A DNA stretch of 23,085 nucleotides. Origin: Pseudomonadota bacterium (GTDB lineage: Bacteria; UBA10199; 2-02-FULL-44-16; JAAZCA01). Each line of letters starts with the position of its first letter. The stretch's first letter is position 1. Positions 1 through 8,915 of the stretch are shown here, one piece after another. The position numbers and the translations under genes were made by a program. A model generated the notes under the pieces. It had not been told where the DNA came from, ran no database searches, and saw only the letters and a list, made by a program, of their open reading frames with translations. The DNA lies in NCBI GenBank assembly GCA_043822785.1, contig JBDRBN010000122.1:1-23085 (forward strand), read 5' to 3'.

Positions 1-70
1 AGCGAAGCAATCCCCTTATAACCTGTGTTTGCGGGAGATTGCTTCGTCGCTAAACGCTCCTCGCAATGAC
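1..70. repeat. REP-like palindromic element (GTCATTGCGAG...CTCGCAATGAC family), left part cut by window edge
   Basis: GAAGCAATC...GATTGCTTC inverted arms and CTCCTCGCAATGAC end; same motifs as copies at 2383-2466 and 18430-18522. Confidence 0.85.
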
Positions 71-120
71 ACCTAGACATGAGAAAAATGAATTCTTATA
101 TTTCAACCAGTTAACACCTC

Positions 121-136
121 TAACGCGACAGCAGTG
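121..136 (+). mobile_element. possible IS4-type terminal inverted repeat (right end of a MITE carrying the 1-70 REP)
   Basis: TAACGCGACAGCAGTG resembles the IS end at 22949-22965 (TAAACCGGACACTACTG on the minus strand); partner end would lie outside the window. Confidence 0.4.
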
Positions 137-137
137 C

Positions 138-253
138 AAACTCCAAACTCCAAATAAATTCCAATAACCAAATTCCAAGAATTAAATGTTTTGGATATTA
201 GGTCATTGGAATTTGGAGTTTATTTGGAATTTGGTATTTGGCGCTTGGAATTT
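138..253. repeat. inverted array of degenerate ~7-bp tandem repeats (AAATTCC / GGAATTT)
   Basis: aaactccaaactccaaataaattccaataaccaaattccaa followed by its approximate reverse complement ttggaatttggagtttatttggaatttggtatttggcgcttggaattt. Confidence 0.75.
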
Positions 254-258
254 TATCT

Positions 259-1074
259 TCATTGGTTTCCTAGTATGACTGGCAGGCCGTCCTTTCCGCC
301 TACTATCACCATCTTCGCATTCGGGCTTTCTGCTAATTTGTTCGTTGCCTCTATTCCCCTCAACTGAAGGATCTGCTGTGTAAGGCCTTGCGAAACCTGC
401 TTATTGTAATCGTTTATGCCTTTGGCCTCAATCCTTTTGCGTTCAGCTTCCTGCTCTTCCCTCTGAAGCACGAACTTCATCTGCTCGGCCTGCTGCTCTG
501 CCTCGAGCTTCTTTTCAATAGCGGTCGAGAGTATTTCAGGCAGCTTCACAGACCTGAGCATTACCTTTTCGAGACTGATGCCTCTGCTTTCGACCATGGG
601 TTTGAGTTGCTCTTGCATTTGATTAGCCAGCGCTTCGCGCTCAGCCGTATAAAGGGCCTTTGCCTCGTAGCCGGCAGTCACACCCCTAACCACAGACCGT
701 AGTTGCGGCACGATAATGACACTTTCATAATCCAGTCCTATTGTGCGATAAACATCTGGAGCGCTCTTGGGTTCAAGCGCGTAGAGAACTGTGATATCGA
801 GATTGACGATAAGTCCTTCTTTTGAGGGCACGTTCGCATCCTCTGATATTTGCTGTGTGCGTACGTTCATCTCGTGAATTTTGAGGAGCGGATTCACGAT
901 GTGAATGCCCGCAGCCAGGGAGGCTTCTTGGACATCTCCAAAGAGGACCTTGACTCCTACGTGACCGGCCGGAACCACCACGATAGATTTTGATAAAAGC
1001 AAAAGCAGTGCGACAGCAGCAACGATGATACCAATTCTTTTAGCATTTGGGCTTGGAATATTAATTGGGGCCAT
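259..1074 (-). CDS. SPFH/prohibitin (band 7) family membrane protein
   Basis: N-terminal TM helix, VVPAGHVGV and SKEGLIVNLDITV motifs, coiled-coil tail AEQQAEQMKFVLQREEQEAERKRIEAKG; AAGGAGG RBS. Confidence 0.93.
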   Translation of the reverse strand: MAPINIPSPNAKRIGIIVAAVALLLLLSKSIVVVPAGHVGVKVLFGDVQEASLAAGIHIVNPLLKIHEMNVRTQQISEDANVPSKEGLIVNLDITVLYALEPKSAPDVYRTIGLDYESVIIVPQLRSVVRGVTAGYEAKALYTAEREALANQMQEQLKPMVESRGISLEKVMLRSVKLPEILSTAIEKKLEAEQQAEQMKFVLQREEQEAERKRIEAKGINDYNKQVSQGLTQQILQLRGIEATNKLAESPNAKMVIVGGKDGLPVILGNQ

Positions 1075-1208
1075 TGAAATCCTCCTTGGGTTTGTTGAGT
1101 GGACCCTCTTATGAATCTATATAGTGCCGCAGTCAAGCATTTGCCCTTTACGTTCAGGCAGGTCTTTGATACAAACGCTGTAAATACAAGTATTTAGGGG
1201 GGGCTATA

Positions 1209-2306
1209 ATGTCTAGGATAACTCTTGTAATTTTTCTTCTCATTCCGTCGCTCCTCGCTACAAACGTCGTTCATGCTCAGGCAAACTGGGAGCAATCAGC
1301 GAGACTGTGCACTGATTATGGCTTAAAAACAGCGCTTTCTTCGTGCGAGACAGCCATCCGCCTTATGCCCGAAGATGCCTATGACGAAGATAAAGCGCGC
1401 GTCTATTTATATATGGGAATTGCGCTGGGCGAACTTGAGCGTTTCGAGGAGGCCATGCGCTATTTCACAAAAGCCTCCAAACTCGATCCTAAAAATCCCA
1501 AGATCTGGTACAACATGGGCGTAACTTACGCCGAGCTAGGCCGTCACACCAAGGCGCTTTATGCCTATCGCAAGGCAACAACCCTGGATGAAAACCTGAT
1601 CCAGGCCTGGGGAAACCGTGGGGTCGAAGCATACAACACCAAGAGATATCATGAAGCAGTGTCTTCCTTTGATTCGGCCTTGGTTCTTGATCCTGGTTAT
1701 CTTGATACAAGATCTGATCAGCGCATGATGTATGAGCACAGCGTAGAGGTGCGTCCTAAGCTTGTGCAAATGCGAAGGGAGATAGACTTACGTTTTTCTC
1801 CCAGCATAGGTTATCTGGTGCACGCAGGCAATAACCTGAACGTAAAGCAATTTATGTATCTGATGTTCGATACTGAAGTGGATGTGCAATTATACCGTGG
1901 ATGGTTTGCAACAGGTTCGTTTTTCTACGGCCATACCAAATGGAGAGCTGAGGCTCAGGGGGGAGGCATGAATATCTATGCCCCTACATTTGGAATCAAA
2001 TACGTGAGGATGAGAGAGGATTTTTTGCCGCACGAAAATAGAATATTTTTAGACAAATCCAGGTATTGGTTCTCTTTGTGCGTGGGTCCTTATATAACTG
2101 ATCTCAGCGCAGCTGCAGTGCCTGTAGGCGGGCCGTTTTCGCAGGGCACAAAGGCTGTAGATATCGGCGCCAATGTTGGCGCTGGGTTTGACTATTTTTT
2201 CTATCCCAATGTGGGCACAGGCCTCAAGATAAAGGTCCACGTTGTGAATTTTGACGATAACTACTTTGTGATCACGTTTGGTCCCCATATAACAGCGAGA
2301 TTCTAA
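1209..2306 (+). CDS. exported TPR-repeat protein with C-terminal outer-membrane beta-barrel-like domain
   Basis: signal peptide ending VHA-Q; about 3 TPRs (YLYMGIAL..., WYNMGVTYAELG..., WGNRGV...); C-terminal alternating beta-strands (IGANVGAGFDYFF) and terminal Phe. Confidence 0.75.
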   Translation: MSRITLVIFLLIPSLLATNVVHAQANWEQSARLCTDYGLKTALSSCETAIRLMPEDAYDEDKARVYLYMGIALGELERFEEAMRYFTKASKLDPKNPKIWYNMGVTYAELGRHTKALYAYRKATTLDENLIQAWGNRGVEAYNTKRYHEAVSSFDSALVLDPGYLDTRSDQRMMYEHSVEVRPKLVQMRREIDLRFSPSIGYLVHAGNNLNVKQFMYLMFDTEVDVQLYRGWFATGSFFYGHTKWRAEAQGGGMNIYAPTFGIKYVRMREDFLPHENRIFLDKSRYWFSLCVGPYITDLSAAAVPVGGPFSQGTKAVDIGANVGAGFDYFFYPNVGTGLKIKVHVVNFDDNYFVITFGPHITARF

Positions 2307-2330
2307 AAGAAGAATAAAAATTCCAATGAC

Positions 2331-2503
2331 TGTAACCGTTTAGGTGTTTGAAAAAAGATATTTATATTTTATGGTCTGTGTTGTCATTGCGAGGAGACGA
2401 AGTCGACGAAGCAATCCCATGCAAATACAGGTTTGATGGAGATTGCTTCGCTACGCTCGCAATGACAGTGGGATCAAGAATTTTAAACACCTAAACTGTT
2501 ACA
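2331..2503. mobile_element. MITE-like element with 19-bp terminal inverted repeats enclosing a REP-like hairpin
   Basis: TGTAACCGTTTAGGTGTTT (2331-2349) vs AAACACCTAAACTGTTACA (2485-2503), 18/19 complementary; no ORF inside. Confidence 0.7.
2383..2466. repeat. REP-like palindromic element
   Basis: GTCATTGCGAG...CGAAGCAATC...GATTGCTTCG...CTCGCAATGAC. Confidence 0.9.
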
Positions 2504-2558
2504 ATAGGTTTTGTTTGGAATTTGGTGCTTGGAATTTGGAGTTTTCCCGGAGGGATTG

Positions 2559-3335
2559 ATGGACTTGGATCGCAAAGCCCTTGAACTCAAAGATGCAAAG
2601 GTCTCCTTTTGCTTAGCAACTGTGGTTGAGGTAGCAGGTTCAGCGCCCAGACATGCAGGCGCCAAGATGCTCGTCACCAAGGACGAGTCTTTTGGAACGG
2701 TAGGTGGTGGTGGGCTTGAACACAGAGTTATAAATGATGCGCGACGTGCGATTCGGCATCGTAACTCAGAGCTTAAACAGTATTTGCTTACTGAAGAAGG
2801 AATACAACCTTGCGGCGGCACTGTAGGCATATTTCTGGATGTCGTGTCCACACCATATTCTGTAATAGTTTTCGGAGCAGGGCATATTGCTTATGATCTG
2901 TGCCCCCTGCTTGCAAAGCAGGGCTTTGAGGTGACTCTTGTCGATGAAAGAAAAGAAAGAATAGAGCTCGAAGCATTTAAGGACCTTAATAAATTGATCA
3001 ATCAGTTACCTTTAGATGTTTTACCCACGATTGAATTTACAGACGATACACACATAGTGTGCATCACCCATCGGCACGTGCATGATAAAGATATAGTGCG
3101 CTTCTGCCTTGATAAGCCTTTCAAGTATCTAGGGCTCATAAGCTCTACAAAAAAATGGGAAGTTTTCAAGAAGCACTACATCAGTGAGGGATATACGCAC
3201 GAACATCTATCACGCGTATCAACTCCAATAGGGCTTGATATAGGCGCAGAAACTCCTTTTGAAATTGCAGTAGCAATTATCGCGCAGATCATTAAGCTGC
3301 ATGCCAAAGGGTACTTTACAAAGGAGCGATCATGA
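2559..3335 (+). CDS. xdhC: xanthine dehydrogenase accessory protein XdhC/CoxI family
   Basis: ATVVEVAGSAPRHAGAKM, GTVGGGGLE, CGG, FGAGH, PIGLDIGAETPFEIAVAI motifs; start moved to ATG 2559 behind GGAGGG because the upstream extension is 7-mer repeat DNA. Confidence 0.92.
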   Translation: MDLDRKALELKDAKVSFCLATVVEVAGSAPRHAGAKMLVTKDESFGTVGGGGLEHRVINDARRAIRHRNSELKQYLLTEEGIQPCGGTVGIFLDVVSTPYSVIVFGAGHIAYDLCPLLAKQGFEVTLVDERKERIELEAFKDLNKLINQLPLDVLPTIEFTDDTHIVCITHRHVHDKDIVRFCLDKPFKYLGLISSTKKWEVFKKHYISEGYTHEHLSRVSTPIGLDIGAETPFEIAVAIIAQIIKLHAKGYFTKERS

Positions 3336-3949
3336 AGCCTGTGGATCATGGCATACAGGGCATAATCCTTGCCGCAGGCGCCTCGATCAGGATGAAGGTT
3401 CACAAGGCCTTGCTCGAATTTGACGATGGAAGCACATTGCTTGCTCGCGAGGCCGGCCTGTTGAATGCTGCCGGATGCGTGCGCATTGCAATTGTGGTTG
3501 GCTTTGAAGCTGACAAAGTCAAAAAAAGGCACAGCGATCTAGCTGTCACGTGGCTCAATAATGATGAGTGGGAGCTAGGACAGTTCTCATCCATACAGCT
3601 GGGACTGGCCTGGGCGTTGGAGATCGGGAGCAGCGGTGTGTTGATTCAACCAGTGGATTCGCTGGCAAGTTCATTCTCAACTGCCAGATCTCTTATCGAG
3701 ACAGCGATCATAAATCAGCATGTGGATGCGATAATTCCTGAGCATGATGGCAGTGGCGGTCATCCGGTATATATCTCAAAACAAATGGCGCTTGAGCTGA
3801 TTAAACTCGATCCAAGGAAAGCTGATTCTCGCCTTGATCGTCAGCTGAGTTTTTCTAAGAAGGTGCTGCGTTTCCCTGTAAACGATCCTGGAATTCTTAA
3901 AAATATAAACACTCCTGAGGATTGGGTATCAGTAACCAGTGATCAATAA
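3332..3949 (+). CDS. mocA: molybdenum cofactor cytidylyltransferase (MocA/NTP_transf_3 family)
   Basis: GIILAAGASIRM..HKALL, GQFSSIQLG, GHPV, NINTPED motifs; ATGA overlap with xdhC. Confidence 0.8.
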   Translation: MKPVDHGIQGIILAAGASIRMKVHKALLEFDDGSTLLAREAGLLNAAGCVRIAIVVGFEADKVKKRHSDLAVTWLNNDEWELGQFSSIQLGLAWALEIGSSGVLIQPVDSLASSFSTARSLIETAIINQHVDAIIPEHDGSGGHPVYISKQMALELIKLDPRKADSRLDRQLSFSKKVLRFPVNDPGILKNINTPEDWVSVTSDQ

Positions 3950-3956
3950 CCAGTAT

Positions 3957-4044
3957 GTCATCCTGAGCGACCAGCGGGAGCGAAGGATCCCCGTAAACCC
4001 GTTACAGGCGCTCCGGGACTCTTCGCCTATCGGCTCAGAGTGAC
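3957..4044. repeat. REP-like palindromic element (GTCATCCTGAGC...GCTCAGAGTGAC variant) between convergent genes
   Basis: GTCATCCTGAGCGACCAGCGGGAGCGAAGGATCC...CTTCG...GCTCAGAGTGAC; shares GAGCGACCA.CGGGAGCGAAG with the 18430 copy. Confidence 0.8.
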
Positions 4045-4898
4045 GCAGAAGATTTGGTAGCCTCTCTTAAATAGCGTACCAAAAGTCCCCCTGCAGCAAA
4101 CCTTCTATAATCAGCATTGGAGCGTATGTCGTCGATGGGCTTAACTTCATCGGCAAGGGATTTGCGCGCTTTTTCTAAAAGGCCGGTGGTTATTGCCTTT
4201 CCTTTAAGCAAGGCTTCTGTGCCGAGCGTTCGAACCACAGTTGGCGCAACACTTCCAACAGCTATTTTTGCCCATTCGATTCCTCCGTGCGAAATAAGGG
4301 CGCGTGCGCACATGCAGACTTTTGATATTGTTTGGGCGCGCCTTGCGCCTATCTTGTAGAATCGTGTTTGCTCAGAGGGATCTGGTATTTTGATGCGGAT
4401 TTTGGTGAGTAGTTCATCTGGCTCAAGTGCGGTTTTTTTATATTCCTTAAAAAAATCATCAGCTGATACCCAGCGCTCGCCTTTTAAGTTTTGAGCTAGA
4501 AGTTTTGTATCATATACCATGAGCACAGGTGGCACGTCTGCTGCAGGTGATGCATTCATGATGTTTCCGCCAATGGTCCCCATGTTTTGTATTTGTGCGC
4601 AGCCAACGCTCTGACATGCGCAGGCCAAGGCAGGAAATATTTGAGCGATCTTTTCATTTGCAACTATTCGAGAATGTGCCACGAGTGCGCCGATTTCAAC
4701 GTGTGACTCGGTAATGGTTATGGCTTCTAATTCTTGAAGATTTGATATGTCGATTAAGCCTTTTGGCGAGATAGCCCCTATGCGCCACTGTGCAACGATG
4801 TCAGTTCCTCCTGCAAGGATCGGAAACCTGGTCGATTCGGCTGCGATCAGTGCCAAAGCTTCGGGCAGGGTAGGTGGTTTGTGATATTCAAAGGTCAT
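4035..4898 (-). CDS. xanthine dehydrogenase family FAD-binding (medium, CoxM-like) subunit
   Basis: LAGGTD, QIQNMGTIGGNIMNASPAAD, PIDDIRSNADYRR motifs. Confidence 0.95.
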   Translation of the reverse strand: MTFEYHKPPTLPEALALIAAESTRFPILAGGTDIVAQWRIGAISPKGLIDISNLQELEAITITESHVEIGALVAHSRIVANEKIAQIFPALACACQSVGCAQIQNMGTIGGNIMNASPAADVPPVLMVYDTKLLAQNLKGERWVSADDFFKEYKKTALEPDELLTKIRIKIPDPSEQTRFYKIGARRAQTISKVCMCARALISHGGIEWAKIAVGSVAPTVVRTLGTEALLKGKAITTGLLEKARKSLADEVKPIDDIRSNADYRRFAAGGLLVRYLREATKSSASL

Positions 4899-5266
4899 AA
4901 AACTTTCTTTGCATCCTTCAGAAATCGGCGAATCAGGGCGATGTATTCAGACTGCGACATTCCGTAGTAGTCATGTACACTGCTGTTGCGGGCATCGACA
5001 TAATCAAGCCAGGTCTCTGCATTATCGATGAGTTGCATTTGAGCTGCCTTTCTAATGACATCCTTAGGGGCGTAGAGATCCTCCACCCCTTTTTCCCGAA
5101 GTTTTTGCTTTAGCTCTTTCCATCCGTACTCGACGGCGACCTCAAAGCATTTGACTACCGCAAAAAAGGCAGCAGGTTCGTCGCCGCCCATCTTTTCAAA
5201 AAACGCGAGCATCTCTTTAAGATCGATAAGCGAGCTTTCAAATTTACTTCCTTCTTTTCGTTCCAT
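4895..5266 (-). CDS. HEPN-domain toxin / nucleotidyltransferase substrate-binding protein (HI0074 family)
   Basis: VKCFEVAVEYGWKELK, PKDVIR, and RNSSVHDY = RX4HXY HEPN motif; start at ATG 5266 (MERKEG), overlapping the MNT gene end. Confidence 0.88.
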   Translation of the reverse strand: MERKEGSKFESSLIDLKEMLAFFEKMGGDEPAAFFAVVKCFEVAVEYGWKELKQKLREKGVEDLYAPKDVIRKAAQMQLIDNAETWLDYVDARNSSVHDYYGMSQSEYIALIRRFLKDAKKVL

Positions 5267-5819
5267 GGAGGACCCCCAGAAAATATGCCCATGTGCTTTG
5301 ATCTCCGACGAGATACATGGGTTCATAATCAATGTCGTGCAAGAACCATTCAGGCGCCGCATCGAGGTTTATGAAATCGACATGGCGCGGAAGCGCATCC
5401 ACAATATCTTCGACAATGCGTTTCACCCGAAAAAACTCCACGCCGCCAAGGGGCCGCCTGCCCCGCGTGATCCCTACGTCCCAGTCCGAATACTTTCGGC
5501 CCTTTCCCTTGGCCCTCGACCCTAAAAGCCCAACAGCGATCTCATTGTCGAATAGAGCCAGTTTCCCGGCAATGGGCATGATTTCGGACAGTTCTTCAAA
5601 TTTCGATTCCGGAACCGGGGTGAGCAGAGAGAGGGGGTCCGCATTGAGGGCTTCGCAGATGGCGTAAAATGCTTCGGAAAAGGGTCCCTTGCCCTTAATA
5701 AAATGATTGAGCGTTGCCCTGTTGAAGCCATGAGCCCTGGCAAACTCAGTGAGGTGGGCATATCCATGGCTTAAGACAAGGCGTTTCAGTTTCTGATTGT
5801 CGAGGTGATAACGCATCAC
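5244..5819 (-). CDS. XRE-HTH fused minimal nucleotidyltransferase (MNT) antitoxin
   Basis: N-terminal HTH (LTEFARAHGFNRATLNHF...ICEALNADPLSLL); GSRAKGKGRKYSDWD = GS-X10-DXD; VDFINL. Confidence 0.88.
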   Translation of the reverse strand: MMRYHLDNQKLKRLVLSHGYAHLTEFARAHGFNRATLNHFIKGKGPFSEAFYAICEALNADPLSLLTPVPESKFEELSEIMPIAGKLALFDNEIAVGLLGSRAKGKGRKYSDWDVGITRGRRPLGGVEFFRVKRIVEDIVDALPRHVDFINLDAAPEWFLHDIDYEPMYLVGDQSTWAYFLGVLHGTKRRK

Positions 5820-5824
5820 CTATT

Positions 5825-5852
5825 ATTTTCTCATAAACAACGTCTATGTCAA
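5825..5852 (-). promoter_or_regulatory. putative sigma70 promoter of MNT-HEPN operon
   Basis: TTGACA-16 nt-GAAAAT on the minus strand just before the start codon, AT-rich upstream. Confidence 0.45.
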
Positions 5853-5887
5853 TATTATTATATATATGTATATTTATTTATACATAA

Positions 5888-6238
5888 TCAATTCTTCTTG
5901 ACTCGGAGTATCTTGCTGATGATGTCGTACGCGGTTTTGATTTCACTGGACTTGCGGCCTTTGAGCAAAGAGCGGAACCGGAGCGTCCATTTGTCCAAAG
6001 CATCAACAGGTTTCCCTTCAGGGCTGAAGTCTGTATCGAAAAGATCCTTTAATTCAACCTTCAGCACCTTTGCGATACGGACTAGAAGCTCGTAAGAAGG
6101 CGAGGTCATTCCCCTTTCAATCATGGAGACGTAGGAAGGGCTTTCCACGCCTATGGCCTCAGCCAATTCCTGCTGCGTCAACCCGACCTGTAACCTCAAC
6201 AACCTGATCCTTTTTCCCAAGGCGATTCTGATAGACAT
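5888..6238 (-). CDS. XRE/Cro-C1 family HTH transcriptional regulator
   Basis: LGKRIRLLRLQVGLTQQELAEAIGVESPSYVSMIERG...PSYELLVRIAKVLKV. Confidence 0.93.
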   Translation of the reverse strand: MSIRIALGKRIRLLRLQVGLTQQELAEAIGVESPSYVSMIERGMTSPSYELLVRIAKVLKVELKDLFDTDFSPEGKPVDALDKWTLRFRSLLKGRKSSEIKTAYDIISKILRVKKN

Positions 6239-6272
6239 ATATAATCTCTTGATATGAAAGAAAAAATATATG

Positions 6273-6334
6273 TCCTATTGGGAAGGATATTGTAATGGAC
6301 TAATAGGACTAAAAATAAATTATTCCTAATAGGC
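6273..6334. promoter_or_regulatory. three operator-like pseudo-palindromes, consensus TCCTAWTAGGA
   Basis: TCCTATTGGGA 6273-6283, GACTAATAGGA 6298-6308, TCCTAATAGGC 6324-6334; starts spaced 25 and 26 bp, between divergent genes. Confidence 0.55.
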
Positions 6335-6417
6335 AACTATTGCCATGCAACATGCCGATAACTGTTGTAGATGTCCTTGGGTTGGCCATGGACGCAAATA
6401 ATACGTGAGGTATCTAT

Positions 6418-7014
6418 ATGAGTGTTTCAAGCTTTGTGCACGTCGGAGAGAAAGGCAGGACGGTCTATTCGTTTGACGATAAGAAGAAGGATCTGATTGA
6501 GGGCAGGCATGAAACGGTGGACCTGGACAAGGATGGGAAAGCAGACATTTATTGCGAAGGCAAGGAGTGTGAAGCGCTAGATCACAAATTTTCTACTAGT
6601 GGATATGGAATTCAGAAAAAAAATCCTTTGACGGAAGATCAGAAGGCTGCAGCCCAAAAAGAACATGAAGCAGGGAGAGTTTTGGCAAACAAGCGTTACG
6701 ATGAATTCAGAGCGGCATTGAAGGCGGGCAAGGTTAAAATGGAGCGTCGCGATATCGGTTATGGTATTATGAAACACGTGCTTTTCTATATCGATTCTGA
6801 AGGCAAGGAACAGAAAGTTGAGCTATCAAAGGTTGATGGAAAATTTAATAGTCCAGCTGATTCTTTGGGCAAAAATGTAACAGAGTTCAGGCTGGATAAC
6901 GGCGGTGCTCAGTGCGTTTTTGACGATCCAGGGTACGTTAAACTTATACAAACACGTCTTGATGAATTATACATTCAGCAACACAATGCAGATGCAAAAG
7001 AAATCAAAAAATAA
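6418..7014 (+). CDS. hypothetical protein with DxDxDG Ca-binding-like loop
   Basis: 198-aa ORF, GAGGT RBS, DLDKDGKAD motif; no recognisable family. Confidence 0.75.
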   Translation: MSVSSFVHVGEKGRTVYSFDDKKKDLIEGRHETVDLDKDGKADIYCEGKECEALDHKFSTSGYGIQKKNPLTEDQKAAAQKEHEAGRVLANKRYDEFRAALKAGKVKMERRDIGYGIMKHVLFYIDSEGKEQKVELSKVDGKFNSPADSLGKNVTEFRLDNGGAQCVFDDPGYVKLIQTRLDELYIQQHNADAKEIKK

Positions 7015-7058
7015 GACTTGAAGAGATTCCAGATGATTTGCGGAAGGGTGCGATGCTC

Positions 7059-7550
7059 TCAGGGCATCGCATCTTTCATTATCTGAGCAGCCTTTTCCAC
7101 TGCATCGATTATTTTTGCGTAGCCTGTGCATCTGCACAGGTTGCCGGAGAGGGCCTGTGCTATCTCTTCTCTTGTGGGTTTTGGATTTTTTAAAAGCAGG
7201 GCATGCGCAGCGATGAGCATTCCTGGAGTGCACATTCCGCACTGCACGCCGCCTTCATCTATAAAGCTTTTCTGCAACGGGGTAAGATGATCTGCATCGC
7301 CTAGGCCTTCGACGGTTATGATCTTGTCGCCATCTCTGAGTTGGCCAAAGAGCATGAGACAGGAGTTGATGACCTCGTCGTTTAAAAGAATTGAACACGC
7401 TCCGCACTCGCCCTCACCGCATCCTTCTTTTGTGCCTGTCAGTTTAAGCTCTTGGCGAATCACATCCAGCAGGCGCATCTGAGGCAGGGCCTTAATCTCG
7501 CACTCTTTTCCGTTGATAGCTATTTTGCGAGTTATTTCTTTGTTTTCCAC
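7059..7550 (-). CDS. xanthine dehydrogenase family 2Fe-2S (small, CoxS-like) subunit
   Basis: GTKEGCGEGECGAC, SCL, QCGMCTPG, GNLCRCTGY; GTG start overlapping the rarA end. Confidence 0.95.
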   Translation of the reverse strand: MENKEITRKIAINGKECEIKALPQMRLLDVIRQELKLTGTKEGCGEGECGACSILLNDEVINSCLMLFGQLRDGDKIITVEGLGDADHLTPLQKSFIDEGGVQCGMCTPGMLIAAHALLLKNPKPTREEIAQALSGNLCRCTGYAKIIDAVEKAAQIMKDAMP

Positions 7551-8842
7551 GCTTTTAACCTCTCTGCAATGTTCTTCTCATATCCGTTTGTGGTGGGCTC
7601 GTAGTATCGCTTGCTCTTGAGCTCGTCAGGGAGATACTGCTCGCCAGAAACAAAGTGGCCTTCAAAGTCGTGCGCGTACTTATAATTCTTTCCGTAATCC
7701 AACTCTTTCATAAGCTTTGTGGGCGCGTTTCTCAAATGTTTTGGTACAGAAAGCGCGCCATGCTCTTCTATATCATTCAGAGCGCGCTTGTATGCAGCAT
7801 AGCTGGCGTTACTCTTGGGCGCAGTTGCAAGATATGTTGCGCATTGGGCAAGGGGAATCCAGCCTTCTGGCATGCCCACAAAGTCAAATGACTGCATGCA
7901 TGAGATAGCTACCTGAACTGCGTGCGGATCTGCATTGGATACATCCTCACTGGCAAATATCACCATGCGGCGAGCTACGAACAAAGGATCTTCGCCGGCT
8001 TCTAACATGCGAGCCAAGTAATATACAGCAGCATCGGGATCTGAACCGCGCATGGATTTTATAAAAGCGGAGATGACGTTGTAGTGCTCTTCGCCCTTTT
8101 TATCGTAAAGCAGGCTCTTTTTCTGCAGGGCAGCCTCGACCAGATTTATGTTGATGCGCTTCTTAGTCTCTGCTGCCAGATCAGCTGTGATCTCAAGCGT
8201 ATTCAGCGCTCGTCTTGCATCACCCGATGCAGCCTGCGATATAAAATCCAGCGCATCTTCATTTAATTTTGTGTTCGTGTTGCCAAGCCCGCGCTCTTTG
8301 TCTTTAAGCGCTCTTTTAACTACATTCTTTATTTCCTCTGCTGATATCGGCTCTAGCACGTAGACTTTTGTGCGGGAAAGAAGCGGACCAATGACTTCAA
8401 AGGATGGATTTTCGGTCGTGGAGCCGATAAGGATTAAGGTGCCATCCTCAACATGCGGAAGAAGCGCATCCTGTTGTGCCTTGTTCCACCTGTGTATCTC
8501 ATCCACAAATAGGATGTTTGGCTTTCCAGTAAGGCTGCGCGAGCCGCGCGCTTCTTTGATTATGTTTCTGAGATCAGATACACCAGAAAGTACTGCAGAA
8601 AGATGGTGAAACCTGGCCTTGGTGTGTTTTGCAATTATGCGTGCGAGCGTTGTCTTGCCGGTGCCGGGCGGACCCCAAAAGATGATGGATGGGATGGTAT
8701 CAGCTTGGATTAGGGCTGTTAGCGGCTTGCTATCACCAAGTAGGTGTCCCTGGCCTGCAACCTCATCCAAGGTACGTGGCCGCATGCGCTCTGCCAGCGG
8801 CGCTTTGAGGTTATCCCTTATGGCAAACAGATCCTCAGTCAT
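7532..8842 (-). CDS. rarA: replication-associated recombination protein A (RarA/MgsA AAA+ ATPase)
   Basis: [60 protein letters not shown]; start placed at MTEDLF (8842). Confidence 0.97.
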   Translation of the reverse strand: MTEDLFAIRDNLKAPLAERMRPRTLDEVAGQGHLLGDSKPLTALIQADTIPSIIFWGPPGTGKTTLARIIAKHTKARFHHLSAVLSGVSDLRNIIKEARGSRSLTGKPNILFVDEIHRWNKAQQDALLPHVEDGTLILIGSTTENPSFEVIGPLLSRTKVYVLEPISAEEIKNVVKRALKDKERGLGNTNTKLNEDALDFISQAASGDARRALNTLEITADLAAETKKRININLVEAALQKKSLLYDKKGEEHYNVISAFIKSMRGSDPDAAVYYLARMLEAGEDPLFVARRMVIFASEDVSNADPHAVQVAISCMQSFDFVGMPEGWIPLAQCATYLATAPKSNASYAAYKRALNDIEEHGALSVPKHLRNAPTKLMKELDYGKNYKYAHDFEGHFVSGEQYLPDELKSKRYYEPTTNGYEKNIAERLKAWKTKK

Positions 8843-8915
8843 AGGGCATTTATGACCACGATAAGTGTTCACAGTACAAGAAAATAATTGAGTGCTCGGG
8901 AGGGGTCCCCATTCC

